DNA of 35,951 bases from Pseudomonadota bacterium (GTDB lineage: Bacteria; Bdellovibrionota; FAC87; UBA2466). Below, in pieces: positions 19,247 through 27,210 of this stretch (position 1 is the stretch's first letter; the number at the start of each line of letters is the position of its first letter). The stretch spans positions 1 to 35,951 of the forward strand of contig JAYUGC010000062.1 of assembly GCA_043767805.1 (NCBI GenBank), given 5' to 3'. Both the position numbers and the translations under genes were made by a program. The notes beneath the pieces are model-generated. The model saw only the letters and a list, made by a program, of their open reading frames with translations, ran no database searches and was not told the DNA's origin.

Positions 19247-19495
19247 TCATTCAATGATTTCGAGAACCGAGCGCTTGCGCAGCTTCGTGGAAGCGGCGGT
19301 GAGAATGGTGCGAAGCGCTTTCGCCGTCTTACCTTGCTTGCCGATGATCTTACCGAGGTCGGTTTTCGCGACCACCAGCTCGAACACCGTGGTTTGCTCA
19401 CCGATGATTTCGGAGATGCGGACATCTCCCGGAAGATCCACGAGAGCCCGGGTCATGCATTCGAGTAATTCTTTGAGTGTCGGTTCCGCGGCCAT
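19247..19495 (-). CDS. khpA: KH-domain RNA-binding protein (KhpA/YlqC family)
   Basis: LKELLE.MTRALVD.P..V.I, DLGKIIGKQGKTAKALRTIL, VLEIIE; start ATG 19495. Confidence 0.9.
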   Translation of the reverse strand: MAAEPTLKELLECMTRALVDLPGDVRISEIIGEQTTVFELVVAKTDLGKIIGKQGKTAKALRTILTAASTKLRKRSVLEIIE

Positions 19496-19651
19496 CTTTC
19501 GCTCCCAAAGCAACGTTGAGTAATGGCGCCCTCTCCCCCGAAAGCGGGGCGCCGTAACATGGTGCAACAAAAACAGGGGGAGCCTAAGTAGAAATTTATC
19601 AATCCCGAGCCTGCAACTCAATCGCTTCTTACTTTAAGTGAAACAAACTCC

Positions 19652-19678
19652 TCATCTTTGTCTTCGTTCCTCCGATAA
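19652..19678 (+). promoter_or_regulatory. Possible sigma28/FliA-type promoter
   Basis: TCATCTTT-N11-TCCGATAA upstream of the FHA-GGDEF gene; good -10, weak -35. Confidence 0.35.
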
Positions 19679-19705
19679 GTAGAGTGAAACTTTGGGAGCT
19701 CTTAA

Positions 19706-20623
19706 GTGTCCAACGATCCTAAAAATCGCGACGAGCACACAGTCATAGTGACCGAGAAAGCGGAGCTCTCCGAGCGCCCTTCCGCCTATGAGCCGTACCT
19801 AATCCAGATCTCCGGCCGGGAAACGGGTCAGATGTATAACCTCGCTGGCCGAACGGTCCGCCTGGGCCGTGACGCTACGTGCCAGATCGTCATCGACGAT
19901 CCGCATATCTCCCGTGTTCACGCCGAGATCACCTGCCGCACCGGCAACACCATCGTCATTAAGGACGCGGGCAGCACGAACGGGATTTTCGTTAACGGCA
20001 AGCGCGTCACCGAGCAGCAGTTAAACGACGGGGATAAAATCCTCATCGGTACCCGTCTCTATTTCAAGTTCGAGTACCAGGACGCGGTCGATCAAAGTTA
20101 CCAGCAGAATCTTTTCCGCGCGGCCAACATCGACGGCCTCACCCAGCTTTATAACAAGAAGTACTTCGTCGACGTCCTCTCGAAAGAGTTCAGCTTCAGC
20201 CGCCGCACCAAGCAGGCTTTGTCGCTTTTGATGATCGACGTGGATCACTTCAAGAAGATCAACGATACGTACGGTCACATGGCGGGAGACCTCGTGCTGA
20301 AAAGCATCGGCGTCTACCTACACCAGCACCTTCGTCTCGAGAACATCGCCTGCCGTTATGGCGGCGAGGAGTTCGCCATCATCCTTCGTAACGTGCCCGG
20401 CGACTTGGCCGAGCACATCGCCGAGCGCCTCAGAAAGGCGATGGAAGGCGAGAAAATCGTGTACCGCAACCAGCCCATCCAGATCACCATCAGCATCGGC
20501 ATCGCGACCTTCGACACGAATAACTTCGAGACGATCGAAGACTTCATTCGCAAGGCCGACGAGCATCTCTACGAAGCGAAGCAGACGGGCCGCAACAAGA
20601 CCGTCTTCCGCAAAGCCGCCTAA
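19706..20623 (+). CDS. FHA-GGDEF diguanylate cyclase (DgcB-like architecture)
   Basis: FHA motifs LGR..CQIVIDDPHISRVHA, DAGSTNGIFVNG; GGDEF domain with D.DHFKKIND.YGH.AGD and RYGGEEF. Confidence 0.92.
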   Translation: MSNDPKNRDEHTVIVTEKAELSERPSAYEPYLIQISGRETGQMYNLAGRTVRLGRDATCQIVIDDPHISRVHAEITCRTGNTIVIKDAGSTNGIFVNGKRVTEQQLNDGDKILIGTRLYFKFEYQDAVDQSYQQNLFRAANIDGLTQLYNKKYFVDVLSKEFSFSRRTKQALSLLMIDVDHFKKINDTYGHMAGDLVLKSIGVYLHQHLRLENIACRYGGEEFAIILRNVPGDLAEHIAERLRKAMEGEKIVYRNQPIQITISIGIATFDTNNFETIEDFIRKADEHLYEAKQTGRNKTVFRKAA

Positions 20624-20628
20624 AGCTA

Positions 20629-21201
20629 TCAACCGCCCTTGGTGGATTTCCAGTGCGGGATGGGATTGGGATACGTCGACGGAGGCAATGACGAGCCTTT
20701 CGCTTCGGCCCTCGCCTTTTGCGCGTCCTCGAGATCCTTCTTCAGCACGAAGCCCAGCGTATCCGTGTACGCCTCGCTGGGCCCGCAGAACATTACCGGC
20801 ACGATGAGCGGAGCGGTCTCGCCAATCAGAGAGAGCTGCTTGCCCTTCCTGTTCTTTACCGCTTCGGGAGAGACCTTGAGCCGCGGATCGGAAAGGCCAT
20901 AGAGTTTCGAGAGAAAACCGAAGCTCTTGTACGGCTGATCGGGACCGAGGCGCATCAAGTTCACGCGGCCTTTCACGGTGGTGAGCAGCGGGCTCTCCGA
21001 GAAAATCCCGCTCCAGCCCAGCTTATCGCCGTACTCTTCTTTCAGACGGGAGAGAAAAATCGTCGGGTCTTTGTAGACGGGAAGCTCCCGGTTCAACCGG
21101 TATTCTTCGCAAGTGCCGCCGCCCTCGGTCACAACTTCCACCGCCCGAGTGGGAGTGGCGAGGAGCAGTCCTAAAATACAGGCGAGGCCCAGGGCTCTCA
21201 T
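20629..21201 (-). CDS. Hypothetical secreted protein
   Basis: Signal peptide MRALGLACILGLLLATPTRA; GGAG SD; directly downstream of the DHH gene. Confidence 0.75.
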   Translation of the reverse strand: MRALGLACILGLLLATPTRAVEVVTEGGGTCEEYRLNRELPVYKDPTIFLSRLKEEYGDKLGWSGIFSESPLLTTVKGRVNLMRLGPDQPYKSFGFLSKLYGLSDPRLKVSPEAVKNRKGKQLSLIGETAPLIVPVMFCGPSEAYTDTLGFVLKKDLEDAQKARAEAKGSSLPPSTYPNPIPHWKSTKGG

Positions 21202-21212
21202 GAAGGACTCCG

Positions 21213-22235
21213 TTACGATCCGCCAACAACCTTTTGCAAGCGGCTCAAAACCAATTCCACGGCTTTTTCCAAGGGCAGCGCGAAGTTCGCGCCCGCCGCC
21301 TTGCGGTGGCCCCCGCCTCGCTCGGTCAAGGACCGCGCGAACTCGGCCACGTCGACCGGACCCTGGGAACGGAAGGAGACTTTCGTCTCGCCCCCACCCA
21401 AGTCTAGAAATAGCACGGCTACCTCGATTCCTTGGGTTAAAAACAGCTGATCGATGATGCCTTCTCTGTCGTCGGGCGTTGCACCGAACTCACGCAGAGT
21501 CGCCTGGGAAAGACTCGCCCAGATGACCCTGCCGTCGGACAGAAGCTCCGCGCGGCCCAGCGTATCCGACATAAGACGTTGGCTCGGGTAAGTCCGTGCC
21601 AACATCCCTCTCTCTCCCACACGCGTAAAATCGAACCCGGTTCGGATCATTTTGGCGCCCAGCTCCATCACTTCGGGCGTCGTATTCGAATGACGGAAAA
21701 AAGCCGTGTCGAAAATGAGACCCAGATAGATGTGCTGAGCGAACTCTTGAGTGAGGGGCGTCTGGAAAAAGGAATGCTGCGACACATGCCAAATGAGCTC
21801 GGTGGTCGCCGAAGCGTTCGCTTCGACGATGCGGATGTCGTAATTGCAGCTCGCGCTCACCGCGTGGTGATCGATGAAAACCCGAGTCTTCGCGGCGTCG
21901 AAAGAGGCGCGTACCCGGCCCGCGCGATCGACGCCCCCATCGACGACGATGGCGACGTCGAAGTCCCGGTTCCATTTCGCGTAAGTCTCCGGCGTGAGCG
22001 CGTGCTCGACTTCCGGAATGAAAAGATAGCGGGGCGGCAACGGCTCGTCGTTGACGATGGCCACTTCCATCTTAGGGAACTTGTGGAGAATCATCCGGCG
22101 GAGCGCGAGCTGGCTGCCGACCGAATCCCCGTCGGCCGCGCCGGGCGCGGTGATGAGAACGGTCTTCGCCGTCGACAGCGCTCTGGCGAAGCGGTCCAGA
22201 TCCGGATTGAATCTTTGTAAGTCTTTTGGGGTCAT
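21213..22235 (-). CDS. nrnA: DHH/DHHA1 phosphoesterase (NrnA-like oligoribonuclease / pAp phosphatase)
   Basis: DGDSVGS, IVVD, IDHH, D.AFFR, KVSFRS, GGGHRKAAG. Confidence 0.88.
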   Translation of the reverse strand: MTPKDLQRFNPDLDRFARALSTAKTVLITAPGAADGDSVGSQLALRRMILHKFPKMEVAIVNDEPLPPRYLFIPEVEHALTPETYAKWNRDFDVAIVVDGGVDRAGRVRASFDAAKTRVFIDHHAVSASCNYDIRIVEANASATTELIWHVSQHSFFQTPLTQEFAQHIYLGLIFDTAFFRHSNTTPEVMELGAKMIRTGFDFTRVGERGMLARTYPSQRLMSDTLGRAELLSDGRVIWASLSQATLREFGATPDDREGIIDQLFLTQGIEVAVLFLDLGGGETKVSFRSQGPVDVAEFARSLTERGGGHRKAAGANFALPLEKAVELVLSRLQKVVGGS

Positions 22236-22328
22236 CGCCTATCTCAAAAAGCTCCCCTCTCTTAGCATAAAACTAACCCTAAAGGTATGCCTCGGGCCCC
22301 CCTTGAAAGCCACCGATATTTCAAGGGC

Positions 22329-23357
22329 TTAGCTCACCTTCAGAACAGCCTTTCCAAAGACCCGTCTTGCCTCCAAAGCCTCATGGGCCACCCGCGCCTC
22401 GGAAAGCGGCAGCTCGAGGCCCACGGCGGCCTGTAAACGGCCTTCCCCGAGATGGCCGAGGATGGCCGGGAAGTCTCCCTTGGAGCCCATGGTGGATCCC
22501 AGAAGGGAGAGTTGGCGGAAGAAGATCTGGCGCAGATCGGTCTTGGCCTCAAAGCCGGTGGTCGCGCCGCAGACGACGACTTTGCCGCCCCACCGCGCCG
22601 CTTTCAGATTGCTCTCCCAATGGTCTTTGCCGAGGTGATCGATGACCACGTCGACTCCCTTGCGAGAGATCTTCTTAACGGCGTCGAGGAAGTTCTCCTT
22701 GCGGTAGTTGACGGTGAACTTCGCGCCCAAAGCTTTCGCCGCTTCGCACTTCTCGTCATCACCCGCCGTCGCGATGACGTCCGCGCCGAAGAGGCGGGCG
22801 ATTTGAATCGCCGCGGAGCCGACGCCGCTCCCCGCTGCTTGCACCAAAACCAAATCGCCGGGCTTCACCTCACCGCGGCGCACGACCATCTGCCACGCCG
22901 TCGTAAAAACCAGAGGGACGGAGGCGGCCTCGGCAAAAGAAAGTGAAGCGGGCTTCGCAAAACAATTGGCCGCCGGCACTTTCACGAGCTCCGCATTGGT
23001 GCCATTGGTGGTCTCTCCAAGAATCCCATACTTCGAACAGAGGCTTTCCCACCCCGACAAACACTTCGGACATTTCAAACAGCTGAGACCCGGATGAACG
23101 ACGACTTCGTCTCCTGATTTGAGGTCGGTAACGCCAGCGCCCAACTTATCGACGACGCCCGCCGAGTCGGCACCCAGAATGAACGGATAAACGTACTTCA
23201 TATTGGGAAGCCCACGCCGATTCCAAAGATCGAGATGATTGAGCCCCGAGTAACGAACCCGAACGGTAACTTCACCGGGGCCCGGAGAGACGTCGGGAAG
23301 CTCGCCGAACTCCACCACCTCGGGACCGCCATGACCATTAATGAACGCCGCTTTCAT
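22329..23357 (-). CDS. Zinc-binding alcohol dehydrogenase / quinone oxidoreductase family (MDR)
   Basis: MKAAFINGHGGPEV, LNHLD, ILGAD.AGVV, CLKCPKC...C, AAGSGVGSAAIQ; start ATG 23357. Confidence 0.92.
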   Translation of the reverse strand: MKAAFINGHGGPEVVEFGELPDVSPGPGEVTVRVRYSGLNHLDLWNRRGLPNMKYVYPFILGADSAGVVDKLGAGVTDLKSGDEVVVHPGLSCLKCPKCLSGWESLCSKYGILGETTNGTNAELVKVPAANCFAKPASLSFAEAASVPLVFTTAWQMVVRRGEVKPGDLVLVQAAGSGVGSAAIQIARLFGADVIATAGDDEKCEAAKALGAKFTVNYRKENFLDAVKKISRKGVDVVIDHLGKDHWESNLKAARWGGKVVVCGATTGFEAKTDLRQIFFRQLSLLGSTMGSKGDFPAILGHLGEGRLQAAVGLELPLSEARVAHEALEARRVFGKAVLKVS

Positions 23358-23418
23358 GAAGGCCAGAATACCTGAAGGCAGGGGAATAGGAAGCAGCCGC
23401 ACTCCGGATCTACGGCGT

Positions 23419-23451
23419 TCCCCGGGGAATCCCCGGGGAATCCCCGGGGAA
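23419..23451. repeat. Three perfect tandem copies of the 11-mer tccccggggaa
   Basis: Units at 23419-29, 23430-40 and 23441-51; each has a palindromic ccccgggg core, and the whole 23416-23453 is quasi-palindromic. Confidence 0.95.
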
Positions 23452-23481
23452 CGTGGGGGTGGGTGGGTTACTGGACGCCCT

Positions 23482-23835
23482 TGCCTTCCGACGCTGGGGA
23501 AGTGACCGATGTCCAGCCGGGACAGCGGAATCTCAAGGAGGAGTCCGCGCCAAACGGCCCCCGCTGCCTTTTGTCCCGGCCCGATCTGGCGCCTAACTTA
23601 TTAGAGGGCGCAGCCGCCGCTCCCGTTAGAAGACATATTTAAATTAGGTTTTCGGATCCGGATCCCCCAAACCAAATTTACTCTTATGACAGGAGCGTAA
23701 TTTCGGACTCCGCAACAAGCCGGCCGACAAAGCGGGCCGGCACAAAAAGCACCTCGATCAAGTCGGCTCGAACTTCAAAAGACAAAAAGAGCTGACCATC
23801 CTCGACCCGCGAAACTGCACCAGCGTCGGAAGGCA
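23482..23835 (-). ncRNA. Candidate ~354-nt rod-like structured RNA (degenerate inverted repeat) beside the HNH gene
   Basis: 16-bp perfect terminal IR; 17/19 IR at 23565-83/23733-51; cgctcc/ggagcg, taaatt/aattta and ggttt/aaacc all centred near 23659; transition mismatches favour G-U on the minus strand. Transcription not shown. Confidence 0.55.
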
Positions 23836-24057
23836 CGCGCTCCCTAAATGTCTCGATCATTCCGCTTTTATTCTTGACGCTTTTTTGCGCCGCCGTTCGC
23901 GGGGATAATTTTTGAGATTCAACGTGCGCTAATTTCGCTTTATTTGCCCTCAGACGCCCGCTTCCGAATTAAACGTGGATGCGGTTTGCAATGACTGACG
24001 CCGATCGACTGGGGCCCTTCCTGCTTGGCCGTATTTTCCCATGCTAAAAATATTTTC

Positions 24058-24909
24058 ATGAAAGACCTAAGCCAATTCAGAGACGAAGAAATTCTCACTC
24101 AAACCAAAACGCTCATTGCGACGGAGAGGAAGGCACACGCCGAGTTCTTGATCTATCTCGCGGAAGTAGACGCACGAAAGCTCTATCTCCCCGAGGGCTA
24201 CAGCTCGTTGTTTAGCTTTTGCACGGGGGCTCTCGGACTTTCTGAAGCTTCGGCATCGAAGCGCATTCAACTCGCGCGATGTTCGATTAAGTTCCCAGTC
24301 GTTCTCGGGCATATTGCTCGCAATGAACTGACTCTGAGCAATGCTTCCCTTCTGGCACCCGCTCTGACTCAGGATAATCACGAAGCACTTCTGGGCGCGG
24401 CACTTCATAAGCCGAAACGTACGGTCGAGAAAATGATGGCGACTCGCTTTCCGAAGCCAGATGCGCCTGAGAAGATTAGGCCCCTCAGCGCAACTCGGAC
24501 AAAGTTCGAGTTTTCTGCCGACGATGAAGTCACGGCTCTGTTTCGTACTTTGCAGGATCGGTTGCGGCGCAAATTTCCCGAGGGGCGGATGGAAGACATC
24601 GTCCGCGAGTCGTTCCGGCTCTTGGTCGAGCAGACAAATCCCGCGCGTGAACCTTCTAGGGAAATGACGCCTCGCCCGGTGAAGCACAGGCGTCGTTCCC
24701 CGGCGAATGTGGCTCGGGCGGTGTGGAAGAAAGATGGTGAGCGTTGCACTTTTGTTTCCGCGAGCGGGAGACAATGTGAAGGCACCGCCTTCTTAGAGCT
24801 CGACCACGTCATCCCCTGGAGTCTTGGCGGTAGCTCTCAAGAGGCGGCCAATCTCACCGTTCGTTGCCGAGCCCATAATGCGTGGCGAGGAGGGGCGGTT
24901 AGGGCGTAG
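24058..24909 (+). CDS. HNH endonuclease with a DUF222-like helical N-terminus
   Basis: N-terminal L.EVDARKLYL..GYSSLFSFC...LGLSE..ASKRI; C-terminal VWKKDGERC.F.....RQC....LELDHVIPWSLGG.....NL..RCRAHN (Zn-HNH). Confidence 0.9.
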   Translation: MKDLSQFRDEEILTQTKTLIATERKAHAEFLIYLAEVDARKLYLPEGYSSLFSFCTGALGLSEASASKRIQLARCSIKFPVVLGHIARNELTLSNASLLAPALTQDNHEALLGAALHKPKRTVEKMMATRFPKPDAPEKIRPLSATRTKFEFSADDEVTALFRTLQDRLRRKFPEGRMEDIVRESFRLLVEQTNPAREPSREMTPRPVKHRRRSPANVARAVWKKDGERCTFVSASGRQCEGTAFLELDHVIPWSLGGSSQEAANLTVRCRAHNAWRGGAVRA

Positions 24910-25110
24910 CCAACCTCATTTCGAATCACTCCCTATCCCATAGAATCGATTGCGGTGACGTTTCTCGTCACGCTGCCTACCCAATGAAGCCCTCCCCCAC
25001 CCCATTTAGCCTCAACCCCCCCCGCACACTCCCGGCATCCACCTTGCACACAGAACTGTGCCCAACGAAGGCGAACGTGCGCCCGTGGGACTTAGAAAGG
25101 ATTTGGACCG

Positions 25111-27204
25111 ATGAGGAGATTGCGCATGGCTCTGGAGCTCCTGCTCCAGCGGCAAATGAGCCCAGACGAAGATCTAGGGCTTGCGCTCGACCGCATGGCT
25201 CGCGAGATCAAGGGCACTCTCTTGACCCTCACGACCCTTTTCCTTTTGATCGCGTTCACGTCCTATCTCCCGCTCGATAGCTTGAGCATCTTCCAGGGCC
25301 GTCTTTTGAACGTGAGCAATCTCGCGGGCATCATCGGTGCCTTGGTCAGCGAATGGTTTCTCGGCACGGTAGGTATTACCGGTTATTCCCTCGTCCTTCT
25401 CACGGGCTGGCTTTCCTTTTTCGCATTTCGCGGAAAGCCCCTGAAAGATAGCCTGCTCAAGATTTTGGGCGTCGTCATCTCGACGCTGCTTCTCGCCATC
25501 ACGATTCACCTGATTTTCAAAGACGAGTACCCCGAGGCGAGCCTCCTTCAGGGCGGCTACGTGGGCAAAAGCGCGGGCGAGTTTCTGCAGCGGTATTTCA
25601 ATACGACCGGAGCGCTCCTTCTCGTAGGCGGCGCTTTCCTGGTTACTTTCATTTTGACGACGGGTCTCTCCATGACCCAGGGCGTGCGCTCGCTTCTTGG
25701 CGGCAAGGCCAAGGACGGCGAAGAGGACTGGGAATCGGAAGAAGCCGAGGAAGCTCCCGCTCGCAAAGCCGCACCTAAGGCCAAACTGGCTCCGGTTGCG
25801 AAGAAAGCGGCGCCCAAAACGAAGCCCGCGAAAAAAGCCGTCGTGGAATTCTTGGACGAGGCCGACGACGAGACAGACGAAGACGAAGAGAAAACCGACA
25901 TTCTCGAACTCCCGAAGAAGAGCGCCAAAAAGGCGGCTGTAGCCGACGACGGCGTGGACGAGGAAGAAGAGACCGACGAGGAAGACGCGGGCGAAGACGA
26001 AGGACCGAAAGGATTCCAGGAGCTCATTCAGTACTCGGGCGCCGTCGAGCTTCCCACGACCCGGCTTTTGAAGAGCCACGATAGCGGGGCGAAGAAACAG
26101 AGCGCTTCGGAAATCAAGGCGGGCTCCAGAAAACTTTGCGAGCATTTGCTCTCGTTTCAGATCACCGGCGAAGTGACGGCAGTCACCCAAGGCCCCGTGA
26201 TCACGACGTATGAATTTAAACCAAGCGCCGGTATCAAGCTGAGTAAGATCGCCGCCCTTCAAGACGACTTGGGCATCGTGCTCGGCACGAGCGAGCTCCG
26301 TATCGTCGCGCCCATCCCGGGCAAGACGGTCGTGGGCATCGAAGTGCCTCGCCCTCAGGCCGAGACCATTTCGTTCAAGGATATCGTCAGCTGCGACGAG
26401 TTCTATAACAAGAAGCTTAAATTACCCATCGCCATCGGCAAGAGCACGGACGGCGTTCCGGTGTTCGGCGATTTGGCCGCCATGCCTCACCTGCTCGTCG
26501 CGGGCGGCACGGGTAGCGGTAAATCGGTTTTCATCAATACGATGATCATGAGCTTCCTCTATCGCATGACGCCGCAGCAGCTGCGCCTCATTTTGGTCGA
26601 TCCCAAGATGCTCGAGCTCAATGCTTTCGACGGCATACCGCACCTGGTAACGAACGTCATCACGAAGAGCGAGAAGGCCACCGCCGCCCTCAACTGGGCC
26701 GTGGAAGAGATGGAGCGCCGTTACGATCTGATGGCGCAGACCGGATCCAAGAACATCGAATCTTTCAACGAGAAGATGAAAAACGCGGCAAAGAAGCTTC
26801 CCTTCATCGTCATCGTCGTCGACGAGCTCGCGGACCTCATGATGTCGGGCGACCGCGAATCGGTGGAGATTGCCATCACGCGCCTCGCGCAGAAAGCGCG
26901 CGCCGCCGGCCTTCACCTCGTGATCGCGACCCAGCGTCCGAGCACGGACGTCATCACCGGCTTGATTAAAGCGAACTTGCCCTCTCGTTTGGCGTTCCGG
27001 GTCCCGTCGGGCGTCGACTCTCGGACCGTACTCGATTCCTCGGGCGCGGAAGGCCTCTTGGGCCGCGGCGACGCCTTGATGATTCGTCCGGCCATCCCGA
27101 TGCAGCGCCTGCACGGTTGCTTCGTCTCCGAGGAGGAGCTCGCGCGCGTCGTAAAAAACGTGCGCGGCACGAAGAGCCACAAGGGCATCTACATCGACTT
27201 CTAG
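25111..27204 (+). CDS. ftsK: DNA translocase FtsK/SpoIIIE (4TM + acidic linker + alpha/beta motor), no gamma domain visible
   Basis: GPVITTYEFKP, RIVAPIPGK..VGIEVP, MPHLLVAGGTGSGKS, VDELADLMM, LAQKARAAGLHLVIATQRPS, GAEGLLGRGD. Confidence 0.92.
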   Translation: MRRLRMALELLLQRQMSPDEDLGLALDRMAREIKGTLLTLTTLFLLIAFTSYLPLDSLSIFQGRLLNVSNLAGIIGALVSEWFLGTVGITGYSLVLLTGWLSFFAFRGKPLKDSLLKILGVVISTLLLAITIHLIFKDEYPEASLLQGGYVGKSAGEFLQRYFNTTGALLLVGGAFLVTFILTTGLSMTQGVRSLLGGKAKDGEEDWESEEAEEAPARKAAPKAKLAPVAKKAAPKTKPAKKAVVEFLDEADDETDEDEEKTDILELPKKSAKKAAVADDGVDEEEETDEEDAGEDEGPKGFQELIQYSGAVELPTTRLLKSHDSGAKKQSASEIKAGSRKLCEHLLSFQITGEVTAVTQGPVITTYEFKPSAGIKLSKIAALQDDLGIVLGTSELRIVAPIPGKTVVGIEVPRPQAETISFKDIVSCDEFYNKKLKLPIAIGKSTDGVPVFGDLAAMPHLLVAGGTGSGKSVFINTMIMSFLYRMTPQQLRLILVDPKMLELNAFDGIPHLVTNVITKSEKATAALNWAVEEMERRYDLMAQTGSKNIESFNEKMKNAAKKLPFIVIVVDELADLMMSGDRESVEIAITRLAQKARAAGLHLVIATQRPSTDVITGLIKANLPSRLAFRVPSGVDSRTVLDSSGAEGLLGRGDALMIRPAIPMQRLHGCFVSEEELARVVKNVRGTKSHKGIYIDF

Positions 27205-27210
27205 TTCCGG

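Noticed and set aside
23419..23451. CRISPR array
   Set aside because: The 11-nt units are directly adjacent with no spacers, and no cas genes are present.
23482..23835. RNase P RNA, tmRNA, retron msr-msd or group I/II intron identity for the rod
   Set aside because: gaggagtccg only loosely resembles the RNase P GAGGAAAGUCC, and the 3' AACCCGGCUUA motif is missing. There are no tRNA-like ends, no reverse transcriptase in the window, and no recognisable intron core motifs.
23481..23836. The two rod arms as diverged paralogous mini-ORFs (PSDAG.V..V..GQ / RC.L.RP)
   Set aside because: The frames contain stops and frameshifts, and mismatches at codon positions 1 and 3 are equal by hand count, so there is no convincing coding signal.
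23453..25001. G-rich/C-rich inverted match (gtgggggtggg vs ccctcccccac) as terminal inverted repeats of an HNH element
   Set aside because: Low-complexity 10/11 match with no visible target-site duplication; likely chance.
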